This document shows positions 38,545-50,370 of a stretch of 64,000 nucleotides of DNA, one piece after another. The notes beneath the pieces were generated by a model. It ran no database searches and was not told where the DNA came from. It saw only the letters and a list, made by a program, of their open reading frames with translations. This DNA is from the human T2T-CHM13v2.0 reference genome, Homo sapiens. Within the stretch, counting starts at the first letter, position 1. Each line of letters begins with the position of its first letter. The translations under genes were made by a program, and so were the position numbers. Location: NCBI RefSeq assembly GCF_009914755.1, contig NC_060935.1; one strand, written 5' to 3'.

Positions 38545-38922
38545 AATTAATCAGTTAGGGCTGCCATAACAAAATACCACAGATGGGGTGGCTTAAACAA
38601 TGGAAATCTAGTTTCTCACAGTTCTAGAGGCTGGGAAGTTCAAGGCCAAGGTGGCAGCTGTTTTGGTTCTTGATGAGGGCTCTCTTCCTGACTTGCAGAT
38701 GGCTGCCTTCTCACTGTGTCCTCATATGGAGAAGAGAAGGAGCTCTTGTGTCTTTTCCTCTTCTTATGAGGGCATTAGGCCTCTTAGATTAGGGCTCCGC
38801 CCTATGACTTCATTTAACTTTTCTCATCTCCTTACAGACCTTATATCCAAATACAATTATATTGAGGGCTTAGAGCTTCAACATGTGAATTTTGGGGGAC
38901 ATAAACAATTAGTTTATAACAC
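38545..38922 (-). mobile_element. MLT1A-type LTR
   Basis: GGGCTGCCATAACAAAATACCACAGA...TTTCTCACAGTTCTAGAGGCTGGGAAGT...GAATTTTGGGGGACA. Confidence 0.85.
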
Positions 38923-39130
38923 AACTATAACTAAAAATAAAGTGTCTATAAAAAATCTAAGATTGATTGGAAAAACAAACCAAATAAAATTTTTAGAAGC
39001 CAAAAACAACTAAAAATTTAAAAATCAATAGGTAGGTTAAGTAGAATATTAAAGCTAAGGAGAGAATTAATGATTTGGAAGACAGATTTAAAGAAATTCC
39101 TTTGATCCAGTTGTGCAACAAGAAAATAGA

Positions 39131-39437
39131 GGCCAGGTGCAGTGGCTCATGCCTGTAATCCCAGTACTTTGAGATGCCAAGACAAGCAGATCACCTGAGG
39201 TCAGGAGTTTAAGACCAGCCTGGCCAACACAGTGAAACCCTATCTCTACTAAAAATACAAAAAATTAGCATAGCATGATGGCGCATGTCTGTAATCTCAG
39301 CTACTCAGGAGGCCAAGGCACGAATATCACTTGAACCCAGGAGGTGGAGATTGCAGTGAGCTGAGATCATGCCACTGCGCTCCATCCTGGGTGACAGAGT
39401 GAGACTCTGTCTCAAAAAAAAAAAAAAAAAAAAAAAA
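39131..39437 (+). mobile_element. AluS (Sx/Sz-like)
   Basis: GGCCAGGTGCAGTGGCTCATGCCTGTAATCCCAG...GACTCTGTCTC followed by poly-A. Confidence 0.95.
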
Positions 39438-40844
39438 CAGAGAGAGAGAATAGAAAATATGATATAAAAGTTTAAAACCTTGGTGGATGGTGTGAAGTCT
39501 AATGTCAACAAATCAAGTACCAGAAGGAGAGGATACAGAGAATGGATGAGAGGAAATAATGGAAAGGTAATGGATGTGAGTTTTCCAGAAATGACAGAAG
39601 TTTATGACTTTTAAAATTCAACAAGCTCTACAAATCTCAAAGATAATTAATAAAAAGAAATTTATACTTAGACACAAATATATGAAATGACAGCGATGTC
39701 TAAATGACAAAGGAAAGACCTTAAAAGTAACTAGGACAAAAATACAGGTCATCTGCAAATAAATACCAATTAAACTAATAACTGATTTCTCAACAGCAAC
39801 AGTGAAAGCCAGAAGATTGTAGAATAACATCTTTAAAGTACTGAAAGAAAATAAAATATCATCCCACCTATGTGTGTGTGTGTGTTCAGAAAAAAGGGGC
39901 AAAATAAAAATATTTCAAAGAAACGAAAAGAAATTAAGACTATTTACCATAAATAGAACCTCTATAAAGAATATTCTAAATCAGAGTTTTTCTGTCTTTT
40001 CCTTTTTACTGACAGTATTGAAATGATCCTATATGCTTGTGTATTCAATATGACAATGTTCTAGAAGTGATAATTATTAGATCAACAGATATGCCTCTGC
40101 ATTTCAAATTTTGGCAGATACTACTAAGCTTTTCTTAAAAACAATAGCACTAGAGCTCATCAATCTTTTAACTTCTTTTCAGACTCAGGCTACACCAAGT
40201 GCTGGACTCAGTCAGGACCATATATGTATATATTCCACGTGCCCATTCAGATGTGATGAAACTCTTTTGCGACTGCTTGTCCTGATGCTTTTGTCTTTTG
40301 CATTGACTTTAGGTAATGGAGACCCCTAAGTCCCCTACTCCCATCCTTCTCTCCACTGCTCCTCAGTGGGAGTCTTCATTACAGCAGCCCCTATCACCCA
40401 CTCACATTCATGGCCATGAGCAAAACTTCCATAACTTGTGATGATAATAGAGGTAATTAGTTGCAAACCAGGCCACATAGGGATTCTAAGTTATTGTGTT
40501 CCTCAGATATACATTTCTGTCTTATATAAGAACCCTCCTCAGGCAGCTTTTTCTGATTCTTCTTCTGAGAAGCTCTGAGATCAGCCCAATATCTTACTTA
40601 CTTTGGTCAGGTCAAGAAGGGAGACAGTGTGGCCCTGTGTTCACAGTCAATCAATCAATAAACATATCTTAAGCTTCTGTTGTATAACACACTAGAAAGA
40701 GACACACAAATGCATAATTAAAATAAAATGTAGTAACTCTTAACATGAATTCAAACAAAATACTACATCTGATTCTGCATGACCTTGGACAATCATGCTC
40801 CTTATCCGGACCTCTAATTTCCCAAGACCTCCAATGGCCCCATT

Positions 40845-41738
40845 CCAGTAATATACCCGTAAATATTCAGTTGTTAACATTCTGAAAAAACACGTCTATA
40901 AGTTTGTTATAAATTTTACTGACATAAAAGGTGTGTAGCACACAATTTACAATGACAAAATGTGCTATAATATTTATTGCAAATTATGTAGCCAGTTGGT
41001 CCTTACAGAATGCTTTATTGATTTTTGCTGAACTCTTGTATCATAGACAACCTATGCTTGTAACTGATGACGGAGTATAGCTCTGGCCTGAGCGTTGGTC
41101 AGTATTTTTGTTTTCATATGTAAGACAAAAAGGAAACAATAAATACATATGTTGGAACTTCACTCATTCATCAGTAACATGACTAGCTTCTTTGTGAAAC
41201 TGGATAATAGTGATAAAATACTGAAAGGCTGTTTCCTCAATTTTCTGTTAGTCACAATGTACCAGCTATAGACATGACACACTTGTAAGCTTAATTGCCA
41301 TTTAAAAAATTTTCTCTATTATTTCTTGAGTCTAAGCAATCAAGAAAACAGTAAATCAAGCTCTGATTCGTAGTATTTGTAATTTCTGGGATGTAAGTAT
41401 TCCTACCATGATCAAATTCAAGCTACCACATATGCATCACTGAATGAAAGTTGGGAAGAGATGTGACTAGCACACCATTATATAATGTTTCTACCATACA
41501 TACACAATAGGTGTAAATAACCTTAACAGCACAGATAAAAGTGACATGTAGTACAATAAATAGGAAGTGACAAGTTTCGCATATTTATTACCTTCTTTTT
41601 ACATTTAATTCAATTATAAGTTTATATAATTTAATTTTATTAATGGCTCAATGGTGTTTAGTAAAATGGCTCAGCATTTCTAAAAATTTAACAATCAGCT
41701 CTCAAAAGCCAGTGTGAGCCAGTTCCATAACGCCACTG
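40845..41738 (-). mobile_element. MER63 (long form) hAT-Blackjack element
   Basis: Ends AAATTTAACAATCAGCTCTCAAAAGCCAGTGTGAGCCAGTTCCATAACGCCACTG, the reverse of the MER63 start; shares internal sequence with 45550-45755. Confidence 0.7.
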
Positions 41739-43679
41739 CCTACTGCTCTTAAGATAATGTTCTATAATCCAGTAACCTCCAGAAGCTTCTGGAAGAGCAT
41801 TTCATAACCAGATAGCATGACAGCTGGCACCAAAATTTTTCTTTTTGGCTATCCCTGCCCAGAAGGTAATTATTTATAAATGACAGGATCTGGAGGGGTG
41901 TGACTAGGTTTAGTTTGTTACTTAGCCCACAAATTCATGGGATAAAGCACAGTCTTGAAGGAAAGCAAAACGAAAATAAAAGCATCATTTTTGAACATAG
42001 TGAAAGGAATGCGATTCTCCATTCACTCCCCCACCCTCTGCTGCCCTCATGCATTTATTTATACACAAACACTAACTTTTGTTTATAGCTCTCAAAGCTC
42101 ACCTTCGGCCCATGGTAATAATCAGCCCCTTCAGTCAATGCCTTCAACTTTTTGCTGGCTAGAGAAGCAAAGTTACTCTCTAGTGGTCTTTCCTACCAGG
42201 CCTACCACTCCTACCCGAAGTGATGAGTCAGTGAGAGAACTAGAACAAGAACTCAGATCTTATGCTCTTTGCCCCATGTTAAGTTGTGTACATATACACA
42301 TACATGCATGTACATAAACATGCACAGCCATGCACATATATACACTCACTCATACTCACAGAAGCTTGTCTGTCATCTGGCTTCCAGAAGCTTTGTTTCT
42401 CCTTCACAGTTGAGCTGTGGGCCCAACCAAGGCCACTAAGTGGAGATGAAGTTCCTTCATCTGTAACTGTGGCTCTGCAGGTGCCTGGAAGACTTGTGAG
42501 TGGGGAAATTCTGTCTCAGGCTGAGGCCTCAGCTCTATGCCTCCCCACTTTGAGGTTGAGAAATATCCAAAGCTTAGACTTCCACTGCCCTTTGTCCTTC
42601 TAGTTTCTCAGGGGAGGGTTTCTCAGCTCTAGGGGATAGGGAGAAGAAGGATCTATAAGGGACCTGGGGAGACTTCCACCTCCCCTGGAAAGTGAGGGAA
42701 TCACTGAAAAACAAACCCCTTAAAGAATGAGAGAAAGACAGAGATAATTCTCATTCGTAACAACTAAGTTTCCAATATAATCCCAGGTTTTGAATGGTTT
42801 TCTCTTGAAAGCTCCCTGAGGAAAGAAACCTTGCAATTCCTCTAAGCAGCTTGTTCTTTCTTTGTCTGACCTCATTCTTTTCAGCTTCAGAGTCAGCTCT
42901 GCTATCTCTTGATGGACCTTTTGGGGGTCCTGTGATGGCACCCTCTGTTTTGATATACCTCCAAGATTAGGACAGCATCATCTTTTCCATTGGCACCTGC
43001 ACAGAGAACGTTATCAAAGTGACAGGGCAGTATAAAAATAGCTGATGACCAGAGAGAACCCAGACCTGTGATGGAGATAACAGATCAGAAGGTCATGATG
43101 ATAGTAGCTGACATGCCCAAAAATATGACAGGTGGGCAAATATCCAGATACCACAAGTTTTATTCCATATCCTGCCACCATCCCTACAGAATATGAGCTA
43201 GAGGGGAGCTTGACGATCATATGGTTCCAATTTCTCCATTTTATAGAAAAGAATGCTGAGACCTAGTGAGGACTGGCCTAGCTAAGGCCACACAGGGAGG
43301 CCAAAGCAGAGAAAAGGAATAAAAAGTCAGGGTCCTGGGCTCCTGACTCTCACCCTAGGCCCATTTTCTTTTCCCTATATTATACTGCTACATATTCTGG
43401 TGGCATTGTCTGCTTGAGAACCAATGGTTGCTCAGCTTAGGGAAGAAAGGCCATCCTTGCTCAGGCATAAACAGTGTGGGCTGTGGCTGGTCACATCTGC
43501 CTATCCAACCTCTTCAGTCCCACCTCCTGGGGACCTCAGAAATCTGAGCAAAGACTGGGTGTCCTAGCCAAGATGAGAACACCTGTGACCAAGTTCTACT
43601 TCCAAAGGCAACATGGTCTCAGCAGAGACACAGGAAGAGGCCAATTGCTGCAGTCTGGTTTTGGTGCCTTATTGAGTTA

Positions 43680-43716
43680 GTGACTCAGCAGCTAGCACCA
43701 GTCTCTTTGATTGGCT
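43680..43716. promoter_or_regulatory. Candidate ARE/AP-1 (GTGACTCAGCA) plus NF-Y CCAAT box (TGATTGGCT)
   Basis: Exact consensus matches about 20 bp apart in apparently non-repeat DNA; motif evidence only. Confidence 0.3.
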
Positions 43717-44099
43717 AGCGTGTCTGGGGACGGTAGTACCCAGATTTCAGCTAAAGTGATTCTCAGGAGTTTGCTCTTGGCAAGCATGCCAGCATTTCTC
43801 CAAAAGGAAACTTCTCATTCTGGTTCCAGAATTGACTTTGGGGGATCCCAGGACCTCATGTTTCCTCTCTAGGGAATTAACATCTGCCTGCTGGTTTGGC
43901 CCTCTAAGATGCTTCTTGATTTTGATTTTTTTTTCTGGACCTTCACTCAGTATATTGGCCTAAGACCCTTTTTCTGTCCCCTGACACTTTTTTCTCTCTT
44001 TCCAAGCTCAGTGTACAATTCCCTAAGTTTTCCTCACTGTACAGTCTCAAACAGGCCCACTTAAGTTGGCTTGTATAAGGGATATGTGCATTTTTTTAA

Positions 44100-44980
44100 A
44101 TGTAAAACACAGCTATTAAGTTATTAGCATCCGCAAGTGCTGAGTACTGTGTTAGGTACCCTGGAGACCACAAGAAGAAAAACCAACAATCCCTGCCTTT
44201 GAAATACCTAGAATATATAAGGGGAGACAGAGAGGCTAACCAATTATAATATCATGTATTCAGGGCTGTAATCAAAGTGATCTATAATCAAAGTGCTGTA
44301 AACCTGGTTACTCAAAGTTTGGTCTTCAAACTGGTAGCATTGGCATCATGGGGAACTTTGTAGGAGTTGCAATCTCTGGCCTCAGCCCAAACCTACTGAT
44401 TAGGATCAGCATTTTAACATAATTTGTACATGAATCACCTGGGGGTGCTAATGCTGCTGGTGCCTGGGTCCCACTTTGAGAAATGAGGTTGTAGAGCACA
44501 AAGGAAGGGACAGTTCTGCCTAGCTGAGGGAAGGGCTAAGGGTGACATTGAAAGAACCATAGAAGATGTGACATATACACTGGGGAAGGAAGGATGGATA
44601 AGAGTTTTCTGAGAAAACGCAGGGAGAAGACAAGTGGATGGGCAGTCCAGGCAGAGGAAATAACACAAATAAAGGCACAGGAGCATGAAAAGTGTATCTG
44701 GGGAATGATAAGTTGTAGTCATATTGGACAAATAGATGAAGATGAAATTGAAAATATAGGCTGGGACCATATTGTGAAAAATCTTTTGTGCTATGTCAAA
44801 GGCTGTAAGCAACAGGAATTCAAGAAGTTCTTTGAGTAGAGGAGAAGCAAGATTATATCCCTCTCACTTAAATGAAGAGGGCAGACTAAATGAGAGAAAG
44901 TCAAACAACATCAAGAAGTCTGGAGGAGTTTATTGCAATAATCTAGGCATGAAATGAATAAGGGTTAGTACAATGAAATG
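44100..44980 (-). mobile_element. L2 fragments with an embedded MER5A-type element (about 44303-44490)
   Basis: Reverse L2 motifs (GGCAGTCCAGGCAGAGGAAATAACACAAATAAAGGCACAG); MER5 TIR-like ends TTACTCAAAGTTTGG / CCCACTTTGAGAA. Confidence 0.55.
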
Positions 44981-44984
44981 GCTG

Positions 44985-45226
44985 TGGAATGGATGTTATT
45001 TTAAGCTGCTATTATTTGTGGTAATTTTTTATGCAGCAACAGATAACTAACATAGATTTCAGTACTTGGAAGTGGGGTGATGCTGTAACAAATACCTAAA
45101 AATATAGAAGCAGTTGCGTAACCAGAGATTAGGCAGTAGCTGGAAGAATTTTGAAAAGCATGTATGAGAAAGTTTAAATTACCTTGAACAGATTTTTAGT
45201 AAAAATCTGAATGTTAAGGGCACAGC
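44985..45226 (+). mobile_element. MLT1 LTR 3' end plus start of MLT1 internal region, truncated at 45226
   Basis: TTTGTGGTAATTTTTTATGCAGCAACAGATAACTAACATA then GATTTCAGTACTTGGAAGTGGGGTGATGCTGTAACAAATACCTAAAAAT. Confidence 0.75.
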
Positions 45227-45398
45227 TGGGGATTAGCATGGAAGGTTTAGGTAAAGGAAATGGATGAGGCTGAATTATTTGATCACTTTTGGGAATCAGA
45301 TGAGCTCAGCACCACCTGAGCTGAAGCCACACTTGTCCTATCCAAACTCCTCAGTCCCACTCTCCTGAGGACCTCAGAAATCTGAGTAAAGACTGGGT
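45227..45398 (+). repeat. Composite copy of 45994-46107 (114 bp) fused to a copy of 43500-43560 (61 bp)
   Basis: Hand alignment: 111/114 identical for part A; 4 substitutions plus a 1-nt indel for part B. Confidence 0.93.
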
Positions 45399-45549
45399 TA
45401 CAAAAGATAAGTCCATTTTTTTTTTTAACAAAAATACTGATAGGTAGGCCCTACCCCAATAGTCTAATTTTAGTCTCATCTGTTTCTACTTTATCTTTCA
45501 CTCTCTGTGCTCTGACTTTAGTATATTCCGTTTCTTAAACATGATTTGC

Positions 45550-45755
45550 AGCTATGTGTGGTAATTATTTAACAACTGATGACTCTCTGGAAAGAAAAGG
45601 GCTGATTTGTAGCATTTGCTCATTTCCATTGTGTAAATACTCCCAAAATCACTGATTTCAAGCTACCAATAAGATATCACTGAACACAGAGTTGGGAAGA
45701 GATGTTAACAATTGGCTTCCATGAGCTGATATGAGCAAACTCCGTCATGCCATTG
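45550..45755 (-). mobile_element. MER63A-like hAT-Blackjack element
   Basis: CTGATTTGTAGCATTTGC...GATTTCAAGCTACCAA...CACTGAACACAGAGTTGGGAAGAGATG. Confidence 0.7.
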
Positions 45756-46599
45756 ATACTATGACTGTGTTCCTGGTTGCTAGGTCTGCATGCTCTGCAC
45801 TTTCCCCCAAGACCCTTCTCTTTGGCCACTTCCCTTCAATGTTCAGATTTCCAATTAAAGATTATTTCCTAATGTGACCTTGGAGTTCATACAAATGGTT
45901 AAAGTCCTAAGTTCTAAGTGGAAACAAAGAACAGAATTCTGAGTAACTAGGACTCATGAAGGGAGAACATGAGCAGTTATGTAGGCCACAGATTGGGGAT
46001 TAGCATGGAAGGTTTAGGTAAAGGAAATGGATGAGGCTGAATTATTTGATCACTCTTGGGAATCAGATGAGCTCAGCACCACCTGAGCTGAAGCCACAAC
46101 TGTCCTACAGGCAAGCTCAGCAATCTTTAACAGCTCCCAGATCTGGTGTGTGTAACATTGCCTTCTGGTTTCTGTAGGATTCTATGGAGTTGCCTTTGCA
46201 TTCCTGAGTCTTACCCTGGGCCCAGCCTTCAAGAGACCAAAGGACAAAAAACCTGAGTAATCCTGCCCTGACTTGGTATTATTGCACCTAGTTTTGAAAT
46301 CCTCAGCCCTGGCAACTGCATATTTTACCATCTCCAGAAACCCAGTCATTGGTGATCAAGGAGGCAGCTCTCTAGCAAAGCTGGCCTTCCTCATGAAGCT
46401 CTGAGAGGGATCTGGCTATCTCACAGGAACTGTGTGACATCCAACTGTGACCTTACAAGCTTGTTTCTTATCAAGTTTTAAAGCTCCCCATCCATCATAG
46501 GACTTTCAGTAACTTCCTGTTTCTGGATAGAGGGACCAGTAGTTCTCATCTGCAGAGGGGAGAAAATGGACATGACTTCCATTCAATAACTGATCAGCT

Positions 46600-47290
46600 C
46601 ATTCAGGCCCTTGTTACCTCTTACTTCCTCAGTTGCTTTATTCACCTGGCAGAATCCTGTGCATTTTTAGATACTCAATAGGATAGTATTTTCCCAGGAA
46701 ATCTTTTCTATCTGGGTCAGGTTGGACCACAACTTCTTGTGCCTACTGCAAGGATAGCATTTATCACATTGGGTTCTAATTGCCTCCTTTTTTCATGCCA
46801 CAATACTTCTTGAGCACTTATACTTGATACTATATTAAGTGTTTTGATAGAGAGCAACAGGAATGCAGTCCTTGTGTGAATGTCTGAGAATAGATGTTAA
46901 TCAAATAATTGAACTAATAAATGCATAAACTAAAACTGAAATGGTAAGCTGAAAGGGAGGCACTTCTGCCATTTGAAATCAAATATGAAAGAAATAAAAC
47001 CTAGACTGAGGGGTTGTAATCTGGGAAGACTTCTCTAAGGAAGTAATACTTAACTGAGATCTGAAAGATAAGAGATACCTGGGAATAGAGAAGATAAGAT
47101 GACTTCAGGGCAGAGAAATGCCACATTGAAAGGCCCTGTGGCAGCAAGAACAGGCTGAATGTGACTCACTAAAAGAATGCCAGAGTAACTGGACTTCAGA
47201 GTGGGAGGAAGAGCATGGTGAGAATGAAGGTGGAGCAGTAGTCAGGTGTCATATTATACACAGCTTTGTAGACTATCTTAAAGGTTTTAT
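46600..47290. mobile_element. L2 fragments in both orientations
   Basis: CTTGAGCACTTATACTT..., GGAAGACTTCTCTAAGGAAGTAATACTTAACTGAGATCTGAA, AAAGGCCCTGTGGCAG. Confidence 0.55.
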
Positions 47291-48384
47291 ACAAAGCCTG
47301 GCACATTGTTGGTTACTTTTATGAAGGCAAGGAAGCATTCCTACAAATGTCCAAGACCTACAGATAAGCCAAGCTCTCCAGGAAGCCTCTAAAGCAACCC
47401 TGTTTGTGGAAATAATTTATCTTATCATTGTCCTGGCAAGTCTGAATAGGAGAGATGAGGCCCAAATTTATAGTGCTTGGCTCAGGGCCCTACCAGAGAC
47501 AAGGGAAAGTTGTTTGTTCATGCTACTCATCACTTACATGCAGCAGTGGCTATAGGAATATCCAGAAAACGTTTTGCCAAGAGAAGAGCTATCTGAGGAT
47601 CCAAATAATTAAAGAGACTTATCCCTCAGCATCAGACAAATTCTTTATAATAGATAACCATCTAGGATGGATTTAGCTAATGAGATGGCTCATACAAACC
47701 TCAGTGCAGCTAGGGACTTCATAGTGGAAAAAAAAAGTGATTTCCTTTAAATTTCTGGCAATTAATACCAAATCCTTGCTTGAGATGTCTGGTCTCAGTC
47801 ACAGCCAATTCTCCATGAAGGGTCTGCCCAAGAGTGAATCTCTTGGGAATCAAATGGAGCTAGAGAGCAGAGAAAGTGAATTCTGCTCATGATTAGAGGA
47901 CTTTTCTAAGAGTCAGAGTAATCCAAAGTTAGAATGAGATAACAGGAGATGGTTACCTCAAGATTTCAAAAATAAGCCAGAAGACCATGTGGGAGATAGA
48001 GAGAACATTCAACCATGTGCTTGGTATACATGGCCTTAAGGGTTTCTTTCCCACCATGAGAATCTCAGAGGCAGAAAGGATGACATGAAATAGTAGATGC
48101 AGAACAGAGAGAAATGAGACCTCATAGAGGGAAGGAAAGTGCTGGTAAAATGCACTCAATGACGTTGAAGAACAGAAGAACTTAATTTTGTTTGAAGTGG
48201 AAGCAGCTTATGCTATTGCACCTAATCTGATCTGGGCCTGGGAACCAGGGGAATGAGATCTGATGATGAAGCCTCCTTTCTGGGAACTGTGGCCTTCAAT
48301 GTGATCTCAGGTCAGCACCTCCAGTCAACTCCAAAGGCTGTGCTTTCCAGATTTCAGGGGTTGAGCTGGAGTTATCACAGTTTG

Positions 48385-48810
48385 ATAGGTATTCGATATC
48401 TATTACTATGTAGCAAGTTACCTCAAAATTTGGCAGTTCACAACTACAAATACTTATCATCTCACAGTTTCTGAGAACCAGGAATCTGGAAGAGGCTCAG
48501 CTAGGTGGTTCTGGCTCAGGGTTTCTCATGAGGATGCAGTCAAACTTTCAACTGGGGCTGTGGTGATCTCAAGGCTCAACTGGGCCTGAATTATCCACTT
48601 CTGAGCTCACACACTTGGTTATTAGCAGGCTGTCATTTCTCACTGGCCACTGGCCAGAGATCTCCATCCCATTGCACACGGGCCTCTCCACAGCCTACTT
48701 GAGTAGCCTCTTGACATGGCATCTGGCTTCTTACAGAAGAAGTTACCCAAGAGGTAGAGAAAAGTGAGCAAGTGGGTGAAGCAGTGCCCAAAGAGGAAGC
48801 GGAGTTTGTA
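48385..48810 (-). mobile_element. MLT1 (F/G-like) LTR fragment
   Basis: ATCTCACAGTTTCTGAGAACCAGGAATCTGG..GCTCAGCTAGGTGGTTCTGGCTCAGGGTTTCTCATGAGG. Confidence 0.7.
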
Positions 48811-50000
48811 TGTAGAATATACATAGAGTTCCTACAACTCAATAGTAATAAGAAAAGCTGTCCAATTAAAAGTGGGCAAAATATTTAAACAGAAACTTTA
48901 CAAAAGAAGATAAACAAATGGCCATAAGAAGATATTCAACTATTAGTAGTCATTAGGGAAATTTTTTTTTCTTTGAGGTAGGGTCTCATTTTGTCACCCA
49001 GATAGGAGTGCAGTGGTGTGATCATGGCTCACAGCAGCCTCAACCTCCCCAGGCTCAAGCAATCCTCCCACCTCAGCCTCTCGAGTAGCTGGGACTACGG
49101 GCAAATGCCACCGTGCTTGACTAATTTTTATAAAAAAATTTTCGTGGAGACCGGGTCTCACTATATTGCCCAGGCTAGTCTCAAACTCCTGGGTTTAAGC
49201 GATCCATCTGCCTCAGCCACCCAAAGTGTTGGGATTACAGGCATGAGCCACCATGCTCATCTGGGAAATAAAAATTAAAACCCACAATCAGATACTGCTA
49301 CAGAATCATAAGAGTGGCTAAAATTAAAAAGACTTGAAAACGCCAAGCATTTGCAAGGGTGTGTGGAGCAAGTTAAATGATCACACAGTTCTGCTGGGAG
49401 TGTAAAATGGCATAGCCATTTGAAAACAGTTTAGTTATATGCATATTTACCATACTACTTCTAGGTATTTATCCAAGAGAACTTAACTGTTCACAGAAAT
49501 ACTAGTACATAAATGGTCATAAGAGTATCATTCATAATAAAACCTAGGAACATTTTAAGTATTCATCCAACAATGAAATACTACTTAACCCTCTTCCTCC
49601 CCCAAATCCTTGAGAATTGGTACCTGATTAATCCCCCAAGTAATTATATAATGATACATGCAACAATATAAATAAGTTTCATGAACATTATGTGAGTGAA
49701 AGGAGCTAGATATAAAAGAATACATTCTATCTATCTATCTGTCTATCATCTACCTATCTAATCTATCTTTCTATCTATCTGTATAAAAGTTACTCCACAG
49801 TAATGGAAATCAGGTCAGTGATTTCATAGAACAGGGGTTTAGGAGACATTGACTTCAAAGTAGCATGAGGAATATTCTTGAACAATGGAAATATTTGATA
49901 CTTTTCTTGTGGTGATAGTTACATGGGTTAGATGGTAAACATTTGCAAAACTCATTGAAATATAATTTAAAATATAATTTTATATATTACGTATTATATA
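48810..50000 (+). mobile_element. Old L1M 3' fragment with AluJ insertion and (TCTA)n at about 49727-49780
   Basis: AAAAGTGGGCAAAATATTTAAACAGA..ACAAAAGAAGATAAACAAATGGCC; CTGCTGGGAGTGTAAAATGG. Confidence 0.7.
48962..49263 (-). mobile_element. AluJ-like element
   Basis: Poly-T, GGGTCTCATTTTGTCACCCAG...CAGGCTCAAGCAATCCTCCCACCTCAGCC...GGCATGAGCCACCATG. Confidence 0.92.
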
Positions 50001-50109
50001 GCCCAAATCCTAAATATAACAAAGGTAGTACAAAATCCTAAATAAATCACAAATTAAATTCAGTAGTATATTTTAACATATCCTTGACCAAGTAGAGTTT
50101 ATCAAGAAG

Positions 50110-50370
50110 TATAGTGATTTAAGAGAGAAAACTCTAGATAGACAGCCTGGGATTAGGTTTACATCTTGAGATGAATCTAAAAACTGTATGGCTTTCATCA
50201 ATCTATTTAATCTCTGTGTATCTTAGTATCTTCATCCACAAAATAGGGCTTATGGTAGTGTGTACCTTATGCAGTTGTTGTAAAGATTAAAAGAGTTAAT
50301 ATCTAAAAAGTACTTATTGTGGTGCTTAGCATGTAGTCAGAATTTGAAAATCTCAACTGCAATGATTAGT
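50110..50370 (+). mobile_element. MIR SINE
   Basis: TTAATCTCTGTGTATCTTAGT..TCATC..CAAAATAGGG..GTTGTTGTAAAGATTAAA..GAGTTAAT. Confidence 0.6.

Larger units (their letters stand above)
38340..39980 (+). mobile_element. Old L1/HAL1 ORF1-region fragment interrupted by MLT1A and Alu
   Basis: A-rich; GAGAGAATTAATGATTTGGAAGACAGA and CTGATTTCTCAACAGCAACAGTGAAAGCCAGAAGA resemble L1 ORF1. Confidence 0.6.

Noticed and set aside
41340-45720. Similarity between 41340-41470 and 45600-45710
   Set aside because: Both lie inside MER63-family elements, so this is interspersed-repeat homology rather than a local duplication.
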